Origin: a candidate division TM6 bacterium UASB340
Lineage (GTDB): Bacteria > Babelota > Babeliae > Babelales > UASB340
Reading direction: 5' to 3'
NCBI GenBank assembly: GCA_001468925.1
Contig: LDIX01000003.1
Span: forward strand, 3,018 to 67,017
DNA length: 64,000 nucleotides
Below the pieces are notes generated by a model. That model did not search any database and was not told the origin of the DNA. It worked only from the letters and a program-made list of their open reading frames with translations. Shown here piece after piece: positions 53,094-62,813 of this stretch (positions are counted from its first letter, which is position 1; each line of letters begins with the position of its first letter). The position numbers and the translations under genes were made by a program.

Positions 53094-55391
53094 TTATTGT
53101 TCTTTTTGTTTCTCATCTGCTACCGTAGGTAAAACTGGTTGTACTTTTTTAAATACACTTTCTACCTTACGTTTTATAGCAGCAATAATCGCATCTTTAT
53201 TTTGATTAATTGCATACTGCATAATTCCAGATAATAAATTAAAGTTTTCTTTTGTATACGCAAAAATATACGTTGAACAAAATCCAGATTTAGTTTCTTT
53301 TTCAGGATCAAAATTAGAATTAAATTTATCATTTTTTAGTAAACCGCAATAGATTACCGTTGGCACATCTGCATCTTTCAAATTTTCAAGAATAAGAACC
53401 GGATTTTGACGAAGAGCTTCAATATTTTTATTATTTTCTTTTTGTTTATCAATTTCCGGAAATTTAAAATTATGATGTTCACACCATTTTTTTAAATTTC
53501 TAACCGGATTAACATTTCTACTTAAACCTTCAGGATCGGCATCACATAAAAATATTACATGCGGTTTTCGTCTTATATATGGAGATAATGGAAATCCTGA
53601 AATTTCACCTGCATCAACAAGCTGAAAATTTTCTAAATTTTTAACGCTCGAAAGATTTGGATTGTCCATATTTTTTACAGGATTAAAAACTATTGCCGGC
53701 CAAACTCTATTTTCATCCAAACCAGTTGGATCAACAAATTTATTAAATATTTTTTTTGCTTTTTCAGGCCAACCTCTTACACCAAGATTTTTTCTTATTG
53801 TTAATGCAAAGGCGGACCCAAATGTACCCATATAAAAACCAATTCGTTCTTCTCTAGAATAATCAATCGCCTTACCCTTATTAAATTTTCTACCAAATGC
53901 CCAAGTGGGAACATAAAAATCAAGTTTATTCGCTCCAATTTGATAAGGTGTAAATTCAAACCAATAATCTCTATCTCCGGGATTTATAGCGGTTAATATT
54001 GGCATTGGCATTTTACCGTCTTTTAGACTCTCTGCTAAATCTGATAAATATGTATGTTTATCGGCTCTCCAAAATTTATTTTCAAGAACTTCTCCATAAA
54101 AATCAATAAAATTTACTGATTTACCATATAATTTTTTAACAATCAAATTTTCAAGAATTATATTCGGATCAAAAATACCAAGCCATAAATTATGCTCCGT
54201 TTTTTCTTGAACAAACTTTTTCTGTTCTAAAGGATTTTTACCATAATAAATCCATGGACACAGATACCATGTTGATCCAGAAATACCTGAGCTATATGTT
54301 ATTAAATCCAACAACCCGGTCTCTTCCAATCCGGCATAAAAACCCGCATTTGCAATCATAGCTCTATAACCGCCACCGCTACTTGCTACAGTAACAATAA
54401 AATCTTTATCTATGTTTATTGAAGAATCCAATTTTAGTAATTTTTTTATCCCATCTTTAACAATAACCTGTCGTTTTTTTAAAAATTCACTTTCTTCTTT
54501 ACATAATTCCGGACCAACAGAAACTTGTGCCTCCCGAGAATCCATTTTAATCGTTTTTCTTAACGAATCGACCAAACTATTAATTGCACTCGAAATCACA
54601 GTAGCTGCAGCCATAACTTCTTTACTACGATATGAATTTAATTTTCCATTATCATCCACAGCTATATAAAAATCATCACCCATTCCAACGCCAATACCAG
54701 CATTTATAGTATTCTGAACACTTCGTTTATCTAACTCATCCTTTATCTCTTTCTTTGTTTCTGAAAAAAATAATTTTCTTTCAGATAATGGTTTTAATTT
54801 TGGTAGATCAAACATAACATTTTTATTAGGTGCAATCTCTTTGACATCACTAGATCGCTTTGCAGTTGCTCCGGTTTTATAATATGTAGCAGCATAAAGA
54901 GGAGAATCCGTTTCATTGTAAACTATAATTGATTTAGCGTTATCAGCATAAGCACTTTTGCCTAATTTATCTGAAAAATTTTCTGCTAACTTAGTTTCGC
55001 CCTTTTTGTTTGTTGTAAATATTTTTCTGCGTAAATTACCACCTATAAATCCAATTTCTATAGTTGTCACTTTATCATTTTCTATAGAAATATTATCTGA
55101 CCAAATACGTTTTTCTAATAAAGATCCGTCTTTTATATCAAAAGCTTCAACCGAAAGATCTGAGATATCTCTTGCGGCTAAGCCTTTTCTTCCTGTAGAA
55201 ATAACACGACTAGATTCACCGGGTTTATTAAGTGTAATAGATTTCCAGTCTTCACCTGACGGCTTATAATTTATTATTAATTTATAATTATTTGTAACGT
55301 TGTGAAACTTAACACCCTCTTGCGCAAAAATAGTTTGTACAAAAATTGCTGCCCAAATCCAACATAAGATTAATTTATTTTTAAATATCAT
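53094..55391 (-). CDS. Secreted cytosolic-PLA2-type (PLA2_B / group IV-like) phospholipase with novel N-terminal domains
   Basis: Signal peptide MIFKNKLILCWIWAAIFVQTIFA. Catalytic-domain landmarks in order: LCKEESEFLKKRQ, SGGGYRAM (GGGxR), GISGSTWY (GxSGS), WFEFTPYQIG, GTFGSAFA, VDAGEISG (DxG). A GGAGA RBS precedes the ATG at 55391. Confidence 0.8.
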   Translation of the reverse strand: MIFKNKLILCWIWAAIFVQTIFAQEGVKFHNVTNNYKLIINYKPSGEDWKSITLNKPGESSRVISTGRKGLAARDISDLSVEAFDIKDGSLLEKRIWSDNISIENDKVTTIEIGFIGGNLRRKIFTTNKKGETKLAENFSDKLGKSAYADNAKSIIVYNETDSPLYAATYYKTGATAKRSSDVKEIAPNKNVMFDLPKLKPLSERKLFFSETKKEIKDELDKRSVQNTINAGIGVGMGDDFYIAVDDNGKLNSYRSKEVMAAATVISSAINSLVDSLRKTIKMDSREAQVSVGPELCKEESEFLKKRQVIVKDGIKKLLKLDSSINIDKDFIVTVASSGGGYRAMIANAGFYAGLEETGLLDLITYSSGISGSTWYLCPWIYYGKNPLEQKKFVQEKTEHNLWLGIFDPNIILENLIVKKLYGKSVNFIDFYGEVLENKFWRADKHTYLSDLAESLKDGKMPMPILTAINPGDRDYWFEFTPYQIGANKLDFYVPTWAFGRKFNKGKAIDYSREERIGFYMGTFGSAFALTIRKNLGVRGWPEKAKKIFNKFVDPTGLDENRVWPAIVFNPVKNMDNPNLSSVKNLENFQLVDAGEISGFPLSPYIRRKPHVIFLCDADPEGLSRNVNPVRNLKKWCEHHNFKFPEIDKQKENNKNIEALRQNPVLILENLKDADVPTVIYCGLLKNDKFNSNFDPEKETKSGFCSTYIFAYTKENFNLLSGIMQYAINQNKDAIIAAIKRKVESVFKKVQPVLPTVADEKQKEQ

Positions 55392-55408
55392 GAATTTCTC
55401 CAAAATTT

Positions 55409-57169
55409 TTATTTTTTATTCGAATCTTGTTTAAAAAAATCTTTATTTATTCCAAAAAAGCCAGGCCTTCTCGCATCAAAACGACTTTTATTTTCAGAAA
55501 ATTTAAAATCATCAAAATTTATATTTAAATTAGGGTTATGAAATTTTTCTATTGCTGTCGAATTAAGATAATTAATAATTTGCATAGAATTGCCAAGATG
55601 TACTTGATCCAGATTTATCATATTTGGGAATCGACCTTTCATAAATCCGGAACCTTGAAACCCATTTTTGTAAAAATGTTTTATAAGTTTAAACAAAATA
55701 TCTTGATTTATTACTTCATAATCAAGATCAAAATATAATTTTACATTTCTGAATGCTTTAATAAATTCAGATTCTGCATTTCGCCAATTTAATTTACTTA
55801 AATCCGACCAATCTTTTTTAGACCAATCTATTTTTTTTATTCCTTCCGATATAAAATGAGATGCACGTTCCAATAATTCTCCCGGAAATAAATTTATTCC
55901 AAACAAATATCTCATTTCAGGATTTGCCAGTTTTTTTGTTTCAGATCGCTCTGAATAAAGTTTATCTTTCAAATCTATAATGCCATACATATTTGATTTT
56001 TGAATTTTAAACTGATCAAAAGCATAATCAGTTTCATCACCACTGGTCCAAACAACAACTCTTTTACCATTTTCTTTCATCCAATTAATCGTTGGCCATT
56101 CGCCCTTTTTTTCAAAAATATTCCAATCTGATGGTTTTAAAACCATATTGCCAATACCTGAAGCTATAATAGATTTATCTGTTGATTCTTTATCGATATA
56201 ACTTTCAAGTTCTATACATAAAATTTCATTTGGATTTTTATCTAAAAGAGATTTTAATATTCTTAAACTTTCTTGAAATGTCATAGTAACATATTTTTGA
56301 TATTTATCTGTTTTAAAAGTATCATATGCTCTTTTAATAAAATTAATAAGACTAAATTCACCATCAAATCTTAATATCGGACCAAGCTTACATTCACCAT
56401 GGCAAAGTTTTACTTCTACCGGACGCTCACTTCTCTTTATATGAACATTTTTGCCAGGTTCTGTTGGGTAGCAATCAAGCAAAAAACATCTTACACCCAT
56501 ATCAAATTGCTTTTCTAAAGAATAATATTGCTGATTATAAAATCTATAACCATAGGCATAAGAAGAAAAAGAATTATGTGACGCTAAAAGCGTAATTTTA
56601 TCCAAACTTAAACTTGGATCCGGCAACTCCCATTTATCAAGATCAATAGATTTATTAATGTGTTTAAAGCTACCATTAAATAATGAATCTGCCAAAATAT
56701 TTAAATGCGTTAACTTTGAAATAGCTCCATAATGTTGTAAATAATCTTCTTTAACTTTATCTTTAATTACAACCTTTCTTGCTAAAATTAATTTATTGTT
56801 AAGTCGCTTGTCTATTTCTATTTTATCATCGTTTTTCATAGTAAAATAAACTTCTGTTGTTTTTCCATTTTCAATAGAAATATTTGTAGACCAAAGTCCA
56901 ATATCAATAGGCGCATAATCTTGTGCTCCAAATATGGAAACAACCATATCAGCAATATCGGCAGAACCTAAGCCTTTTTTAACAGTTAATATACCTCCAC
57001 TATCTTTTCGTGGATTTAGTTTTACAATTTTCCAATCATCCAGTCCGGATATTTTGTAGCTTATATTTAAGATATAATTATCTGTTTCATTATGAAATCT
57101 AACATTACCGACATCTGCAAAAATATTTATCGAAAAAAAAAGAACTAAAATTAACAATATTTTTTTCAT
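55409..57169 (-). CDS. Secreted PI-PLC X-domain-like phosphodiesterase sharing its N-terminal module with the neighbouring lipase
   Basis: Signal peptide MKKILLILVLFFSINIFA. LLASHNSF, FYNQQ, MGVRCFLLDCY, KLCHGEC and NPNEILCIELESYI resemble plant/protist PI-PLC-X-only proteins, from memory. A TAGGAGAT RBS precedes the ATG at 57169. Confidence 0.65.
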   Translation of the reverse strand: MKKILLILVLFFSINIFADVGNVRFHNETDNYILNISYKISGLDDWKIVKLNPRKDSGGILTVKKGLGSADIADMVVSIFGAQDYAPIDIGLWSTNISIENGKTTEVYFTMKNDDKIEIDKRLNNKLILARKVVIKDKVKEDYLQHYGAISKLTHLNILADSLFNGSFKHINKSIDLDKWELPDPSLSLDKITLLASHNSFSSYAYGYRFYNQQYYSLEKQFDMGVRCFLLDCYPTEPGKNVHIKRSERPVEVKLCHGECKLGPILRFDGEFSLINFIKRAYDTFKTDKYQKYVTMTFQESLRILKSLLDKNPNEILCIELESYIDKESTDKSIIASGIGNMVLKPSDWNIFEKKGEWPTINWMKENGKRVVVWTSGDETDYAFDQFKIQKSNMYGIIDLKDKLYSERSETKKLANPEMRYLFGINLFPGELLERASHFISEGIKKIDWSKKDWSDLSKLNWRNAESEFIKAFRNVKLYFDLDYEVINQDILFKLIKHFYKNGFQGSGFMKGRFPNMINLDQVHLGNSMQIINYLNSTAIEKFHNPNLNINFDDFKFSENKSRFDARRPGFFGINKDFFKQDSNKK

Positions 57170-57366
57170 AAAAACATCTCCTATCAAAAATTTATTAACC
57201 CATTAAAAAAACTTTTGGGGATTTTAAAATATTTAAATAATAAAAAGCAATATATTTTTTAAAAAATAATTTTCATGATTAATATTTTAAAATTTGCATT
57301 TAAATAAAACTCTAATCTAAAATTAAAAGTATAAAAATTTTAAAATATTAAGCTTGGGGAATTTAT

Positions 57367-58485
57367 ATGAAAAAAATATTAACGATAGGCGGTTCAACGC
57401 AAGACATCTATCTTAGATATGATGGTGCCGATTATATGACAATTAACCAAAAATCATGTGAATCAAAATATATTCTTTTAAAATCAGGCGACAAAATAGA
57501 AGTTGATAATATTTTATATTTTACCGGTGGAGGCGCTACCAATTCCGCCGTATCTTTTAAAAGACTGGGTTTTGATGTTTCATGTTTTACAAAAATAGGC
57601 ACCGATCAAGCCGGTCAACAAGTTATAGATGATTTAACAAGTGAAAATATAAATTGCAAAAGTATAATAAAAACAAAAGAAATTCAAACCGGAACATCAT
57701 TTGTCATACATACTACATCAAAAGAAAGAACCATATTTGCTTATCGCGGTGCAAACGGTTTTATAAAAAAAAGTGAAATACCGTTTGATGTTATGAAAAA
57801 ATCTGACCAGATATATATTACATCGCTAAGCCATCATTCTTCGCAAATTTTGCCTGAAATAGTAAAATTCGCACATAAAAATAAAATTAAAGTAGCAATT
57901 AACCCGGGTATAAGCCAATTAGCACATGGAACATTAAAATTAAAAGAATCTTTAAAATATATAAACACTTTGATTATGAACAGCGATGAAGCAAAATCAT
58001 TTATGATCGCGCTAATAGAAAATGATAAAATATATAAAGAAATTTTAAAAGAATCCAAATGTGAAAACGTTTGTATACAAGATAATTTAATTAAACCTGT
58101 GTTACTGGAAAAACCAATATTGCATCAAGATTACTATTTTAGTATTCGAAAATTTTTTAAAGAAACACTAAAAATGGGTCCTGAAATTGTTGTAATCACA
58201 GATGGCGCCAATGGAGTTTACGCTGCATACAAAAATAAAATATATTTTCACCCAAGCATAAAAACTCAAATAACAGATACATTGGGTGCAGGCGATGCTT
58301 TTGGGTCATGTTTTGTAGCAAGTTTACTTTCGGGTAAAAATATAAAGCAAGCTCTGTTTAACGGCATTACAAACAGCTCATCAGTTATAGAAAAAATGGG
58401 AGCAAAACCGGGGCTTTTAACAAAAAAACAACTCAATTCAAAAAAAATAAATTTAAAATTAATTAAAGAGTTCAATCTTGATTAA
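57367..58485 (+). CDS. PfkB-family carbohydrate/nucleoside kinase with an internal insertion
   Basis: FTGGGATNSAV and the PfkB signature-2-like DTLGAGDAFGS. At 372 aa it is about 50-60 aa longer than typical ribokinases. Confidence 0.8.
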   Translation: MKKILTIGGSTQDIYLRYDGADYMTINQKSCESKYILLKSGDKIEVDNILYFTGGGATNSAVSFKRLGFDVSCFTKIGTDQAGQQVIDDLTSENINCKSIIKTKEIQTGTSFVIHTTSKERTIFAYRGANGFIKKSEIPFDVMKKSDQIYITSLSHHSSQILPEIVKFAHKNKIKVAINPGISQLAHGTLKLKESLKYINTLIMNSDEAKSFMIALIENDKIYKEILKESKCENVCIQDNLIKPVLLEKPILHQDYYFSIRKFFKETLKMGPEIVVITDGANGVYAAYKNKIYFHPSIKTQITDTLGAGDAFGSCFVASLLSGKNIKQALFNGITNSSSVIEKMGAKPGLLTKKQLNSKKINLKLIKEFNLD

Positions 58486-59422
58486 AATAAATTTATTTTC
58501 AAAGAAAATATTGCTAATTAAAATACAAGAAAAAACTATAATCATATCGCAATTAATAGATCAAAATGATAAATACAAATTATTTAACACCCAAAAAATA
58601 GCTTTAGATAATTTAGAAACTTTAGATAATAAATTATTTAACTTCTCGCAAATATTTTTAATCGTAAAAACTTACTTAAATTATTTTAAAATAAAAAAAG
58701 CAAAAGCTATAATAACTTTGGAAAAAGCGCCAACAGATTTAATGCTTTTACAAATAGTTTTACTTATATCTAAAACCGGTTTAAAAATTGCAAAAATTAT
58801 AAATTTGAACAATTTAACGAAAGACGATAATATGCTTAACTTTTTAAATAAAAAAGAAATTGATAATAATCTTGATTTTTTCAAACAATTTGAAAAACCA
58901 AATAAAAAAATTAATATTTTTTATTTTTTTATAATTTTATTATTTACGAGCATTGAAATAATTTTTTTTTCAGAGACTTTAAAACAAAAAAATATTTCAA
59001 TTAAAAATCTTGAAACACAAATAAACACTATTTCACTTCAAACGCAAACAATAAAAAAAGAATTAAAAATCAAACAAGATTTAACTGCCAAAAACGAAAT
59101 TTTGGCAAAAAATATAAAAAAAATAGAACTGCATAAAATCAAAAACCAAAAATTATACTCAATTTTATCGAGCTTACCCCAAATACTTCCAAAACAAACT
59201 AAATTAACAAAAATAGCTTTTGATAAAAATGCTAAACATAAAAAACAACTATTGCTTTTAGGCCAAAGCTTAAAACAAGAAGAAATCTCTATTTTTGCCC
59301 AAAATTTGGAAAAAAATATAAATTTTAAAAAAGTAAAACTATTAAATATACAAAAAGAAAAAAAAGCTGCCCTGGAATCAGTTTATAATTTCAAAATCAA
59401 TTGTCTTATAAAAAGTCAATAA
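58478..59422 (+). CDS. Hypothetical bitopic membrane protein with a coiled coil (weak PilN-like flavour)
   Basis: TTG start overlapping the kinase stop by 8 nt. Central TM INIFYFFIILLFTSIEIIFF followed by a Lys/Gln/Ile-rich heptad region. The N-terminal KINLF is only vaguely like the PilN INLLP motif. Confidence 0.4.
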   Translation: MIKINLFSKKILLIKIQEKTIIISQLIDQNDKYKLFNTQKIALDNLETLDNKLFNFSQIFLIVKTYLNYFKIKKAKAIITLEKAPTDLMLLQIVLLISKTGLKIAKIINLNNLTKDDNMLNFLNKKEIDNNLDFFKQFEKPNKKINIFYFFIILLFTSIEIIFFSETLKQKNISIKNLETQINTISLQTQTIKKELKIKQDLTAKNEILAKNIKKIELHKIKNQKLYSILSSLPQILPKQTKLTKIAFDKNAKHKKQLLLLGQSLKQEEISIFAQNLEKNINFKKVKLLNIQKEKKAALESVYNFKINCLIKSQ

Positions 59423-59562
59423 AACACTGCCCGCCATTGCATTAGAAATAATTATCTGGTACAATCTTTTGTATTGTTTTATATATATGTTTAACCCATT
59501 AACCATCAATAAACAGTATCTATAATAAAAAATGTTTTTGATGTTACGTAAGGATCGATTAG

Positions 59563-61377
59563 ATGCAAAATAATTCTAACGAAGAATTAATATCTCCTCT
59601 TCTTAATACAGAGCTTCTTGATGAAACATTTCAATTAAATGAAAAAGAACTTGAAGATCTCTCTGCGCTTTATAAAGAAACTTTACACAATTTTGAAGTT
59701 GGTAAAATAATTAAAGGCAGAATTTTACATAAAGAAAATAACGGTGTAACAATAAGTATTGACTATAAGTCAGACGGTTTTATACCAAGTTATGAATTTT
59801 CTGAAATTGAGCTTAAAAGACTTAATGTCAATGATGAAATAGACGTTATATTGGATCGCGTTGAAGATGAATTCGGAAACGTTGTTCTTTCTTATCAAAA
59901 AGCCAAGGCTATAAAGGCTTGGGAAATTATTGCCAATTTGGCTGAAAAAGACGAACCTGTAACCGGTGTTGTAACACACAAGGTTAAGGGCGGACTTAGC
60001 GTTGACATTGGAATTCCTGCTTTCTTGCCAGGTTCACAGATAGACACACAAAGAATTACAAATTTTGATCAATTTGTAGGTCAAGAAGTTACCGGTAAGA
60101 TCTTAAAAGTAAATAAAAAACGCGGCAATGTCATAATGTCCAGACGTAAATATCTTGAAGAACAAAGACAAGTTGATAAGAAAAAAGCTCTTGAAAATAT
60201 CGAAATTGGCCAAGTTATTCAGGGTATCGTCAAAAACATTACAAGTTATGGTGTATTTGTTGACGTTGGTGGAATTGATGGTCTTTTACACATTACAGAT
60301 ATGTCATGGGGACGAATTACACACCCTAGCGAAATGCTAAAAATTGGCGATGAAGTAACTGTAAAAGTTCTTTCTTTCGATAAAGAATTTGAAAAAATAT
60401 CCCTTGGTATTAAACAATTATTTGATAATCCATGGGCAGAAATCGATAAAAAATATCCAGTTGCAAGTATTATTAAGGGTAGAATTTCAAGTATTACCGA
60501 CTACGGCCTATTTGTAGAAGTAGAAAAAGGCGTTGAAGGTCTTGTACACATATCTGAAATTTCATGGACTGAAAGAATTACAAATCTTTCGAAACATTAC
60601 AATGTTAACGATCAAATAGAAGTTAAAGTTGTAGCTCTTGATAAAGACAATAGAAGAATGTCTTTAAGTATTAAACAATTGAGTCAAGATCCTTGGAAAG
60701 AAGTTGCCGATAAATTCAAAGTTGACGATAAAATTAAGGGCAAAATCACAAACATCACAGATTTTGGTATTTTTGTTCAATTACTTGAAGGTGTTGACGG
60801 ACTTGTTCATATTTCCGATATATCATGGACAAACCATCTAAATCATCCAAGTGAAAAATACAAAAAAGGTGATGAAGTTGAAGCCTTGGTTTTAGCTGTA
60901 GACAGTGAAAATAAAAAAGTATCTTTGGGAATTAAACAACTTGGACAAGATCCTTGGACAAATATAGAAACCAACCATCCTGTCGGAAGTGAAGTTGAAG
61001 GTAGAGTTTCCAAAATCACAAATTTTGGAGCCTTTATAAAACTTGATTCAGGAATTGAAGGTCTTATACATATTTCAGAAATGGCTGATAATGACGTTGA
61101 AAAAGTCGAAGACATATTAAAGGTCGGCGACGTAAAAAAATTCAAAGTTGTTAAAGTCAATGAAGAAGAAAAGAAGCTTGGCTTAAGCTTAAGAACTACA
61201 AGTAAACAACCTAAAGAATCTGCAAAAGGTCATAAGGAAGCTTCAGCTCCAAAAGCAAGACGTAGTGGATCTAAAGTTAGCGAATCAGATGAACAAGTAA
61301 AAACACAAGAAGATACAAAACGACCAAAATCTGCATTACAACAAGCTTTAGAAGCACATATGAATAAAGACAAATAA
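59563..61377 (+). CDS. rpsA: 30S ribosomal protein S1 (six S1/OB repeats plus a basic C-terminal tail)
   Basis: Six repeats of the G.V..I..FG.FV.L..G..GL.HIS pattern (for example GIVKNITSYGVFVDVGGIDGLLHITDMSW). AAGGA RBS. Confidence 0.95.
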   Translation: MQNNSNEELISPLLNTELLDETFQLNEKELEDLSALYKETLHNFEVGKIIKGRILHKENNGVTISIDYKSDGFIPSYEFSEIELKRLNVNDEIDVILDRVEDEFGNVVLSYQKAKAIKAWEIIANLAEKDEPVTGVVTHKVKGGLSVDIGIPAFLPGSQIDTQRITNFDQFVGQEVTGKILKVNKKRGNVIMSRRKYLEEQRQVDKKKALENIEIGQVIQGIVKNITSYGVFVDVGGIDGLLHITDMSWGRITHPSEMLKIGDEVTVKVLSFDKEFEKISLGIKQLFDNPWAEIDKKYPVASIIKGRISSITDYGLFVEVEKGVEGLVHISEISWTERITNLSKHYNVNDQIEVKVVALDKDNRRMSLSIKQLSQDPWKEVADKFKVDDKIKGKITNITDFGIFVQLLEGVDGLVHISDISWTNHLNHPSEKYKKGDEVEALVLAVDSENKKVSLGIKQLGQDPWTNIETNHPVGSEVEGRVSKITNFGAFIKLDSGIEGLIHISEMADNDVEKVEDILKVGDVKKFKVVKVNEEEKKLGLSLRTTSKQPKESAKGHKEASAPKARRSGSKVSESDEQVKTQEDTKRPKSALQQALEAHMNKDK

Positions 61378-61401
61378 AGTAATTATTTAGCATAATTTAT
61401 A

Positions 61402-61440
61402 ATAACCCGCCATAGTATTTTCTACGGCGGGTTATTATTT
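61402..61440 (+). terminator. Intrinsic terminator after rpsA (ATAACCCGCC-14 nt-GGCGGGTTAT plus a T-rich tail)
   Basis: Perfect 10-bp stem 25 nt after the stop. Confidence 0.7.
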
Positions 61441-61461
61441 AAAATTCGAAAGAAAAAAAAT

Positions 61462-61869
61462 ATGGAAAAAACTTTTGCAATTATAAAACCTGATGCAGTA
61501 AAAGCAAAAAATGCAGGTAAAATTATAGATAGAATTGAAAAAGAAGGCTTTTCTATTTTAGGTATGAAAAAAATTCAACTAACCCAAAATCAAGCTGAAG
61601 CATTTTATGCCGTGCATAAAGAAAGAAGTTTTTTTCCGGAACTTGTAAAATTCATGATCTCGGGACCGGTTATTGTTATGGCTCTGCAAAAAGAAAATGC
61701 CATTAAAGCTTGGCGCGATTTAATGGGTGATACTGATCCTGCAAAAGCATCTGAAAACAGTATTAGAAATCTTTATGGTACAAATAAAGGCGAAAATGCA
61801 ACTCACGGTTCCGATGCACCGGAAACTGCTCAAGTTGAAATCAAATTCTTTTTTCCTGAATTAGCTTAG
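61462..61869 (+). CDS. ndk: nucleoside-diphosphate kinase
   Basis: TFAIIKPDAV..., catalytic His in NATHGSD, 135 aa. Confidence 0.95.
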   Translation: MEKTFAIIKPDAVKAKNAGKIIDRIEKEGFSILGMKKIQLTQNQAEAFYAVHKERSFFPELVKFMISGPVIVMALQKENAIKAWRDLMGDTDPAKASENSIRNLYGTNKGENATHGSDAPETAQVEIKFFFPELA

Positions 61870-61882
61870 TTTTTCAAAATTT

Positions 61883-61917
61883 AAAAGGGCCCTAAATAAT
61901 TTTAGGGCCCTTTTTTT
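61883..61917. terminator. Strong bidirectional terminator (AAAAGGGCCCTAAA-taat-TTTAGGGCCCTTTTTTT)
   Basis: Perfect GC-cored stem flanked by A and T runs, between the convergent ndk and the 61950 gene. Confidence 0.8.
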
Positions 61918-61949
61918 GTATTCAAAATTAAAATCTAATTAAACTATTT

Positions 61950-62660
61950 TTAATTTTCATTATCAGTAAAATATGGGGTATCACTTTGTAATTTATTTTT
62001 AAATATTTCATTTGAAGTCGAACTTGAACCCGAATCTGAATATTCAGAGTAATAATCAGACTCTTCACTTAAATCAATAGTCTTGCTGACAGGAAATCCT
62101 AATTTTTCAATTAAAGATATAAATTCCACCATAGCATTATTCTTAGTTTCAGTACCATTTATATAATCAAAATAATCAAAAGTAACCTCTTTTATACAAT
62201 TTTTTTTAATCAAATCATGAAATTCTTTAAAAAAAATTTTTATTTTTCCCCCTAATTCTAAATCATTATCTTCAGTTTCATTAAATTTTTTACCCACTTC
62301 TTGTATATTATTAAATATATTTAAAACCTCTTTTTTAGATAAATAAGCAAAAATAGTTCCTTCTTCGAATATTTTATCTATTCTATCTAAGACATCTGTT
62401 TGTAACTTAATATTTTCGAAAATTTTAACTAAAAAATCCAATTTATTATTCGACGCTTTTTCAAAATATTCATCCCCAAATTTTAATAAAAATTTAGCAG
62501 TTAAATATATTTTAATAGAATCAACAAAAACATCTTTATTTTGGTTTAATAAAAATTTTTTAATACCCAAAGCCTCAATAGCTTCTTGCAAAGGCGACAT
62601 ATTATATAAATCTGAAAATAAAAAAAGAGAAATAAATAAAATAGAAATAAACTTTTTCAT
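61950..62660 (-). CDS. Secreted hypothetical protein with an acidic Ser/Asp/Glu/Tyr-rich tail
   Basis: AAGGAGG RBS, signal peptide MKKFISILFISLFLFSDLYN, and the tail LSEESDYYSEYSDSGSSSTSNE. Confidence 0.55.
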   Translation of the reverse strand: MKKFISILFISLFLFSDLYNMSPLQEAIEALGIKKFLLNQNKDVFVDSIKIYLTAKFLLKFGDEYFEKASNNKLDFLVKIFENIKLQTDVLDRIDKIFEEGTIFAYLSKKEVLNIFNNIQEVGKKFNETEDNDLELGGKIKIFFKEFHDLIKKNCIKEVTFDYFDYINGTETKNNAMVEFISLIEKLGFPVSKTIDLSEESDYYSEYSDSGSSSTSNEIFKNKLQSDTPYFTDNEN

Positions 62661-62765
62661 ATGCCTCCTTTAAAAATAAATAATATAACTTTTGTTAATC
62701 TATAAAAATAAACGTTGTTTTTCAATAAAAGAATTTTTAATTTAATCTAAGTCTTAAATACAAAA

Positions 62766-62790
62766 TAAGCCCGGTGATTTACCGGGCTTA
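62766..62790 (-). terminator. Intrinsic terminator after the 62814 gene (TAAGCCCGG-tgattta-CCGGGCTTA)
   Basis: 9-bp GC-rich stem. The minus strand continues with AUUUUG. Confidence 0.6.
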
Positions 62791-62813
62791 TAGAATAAAA
62801 AAATAACTATTTA

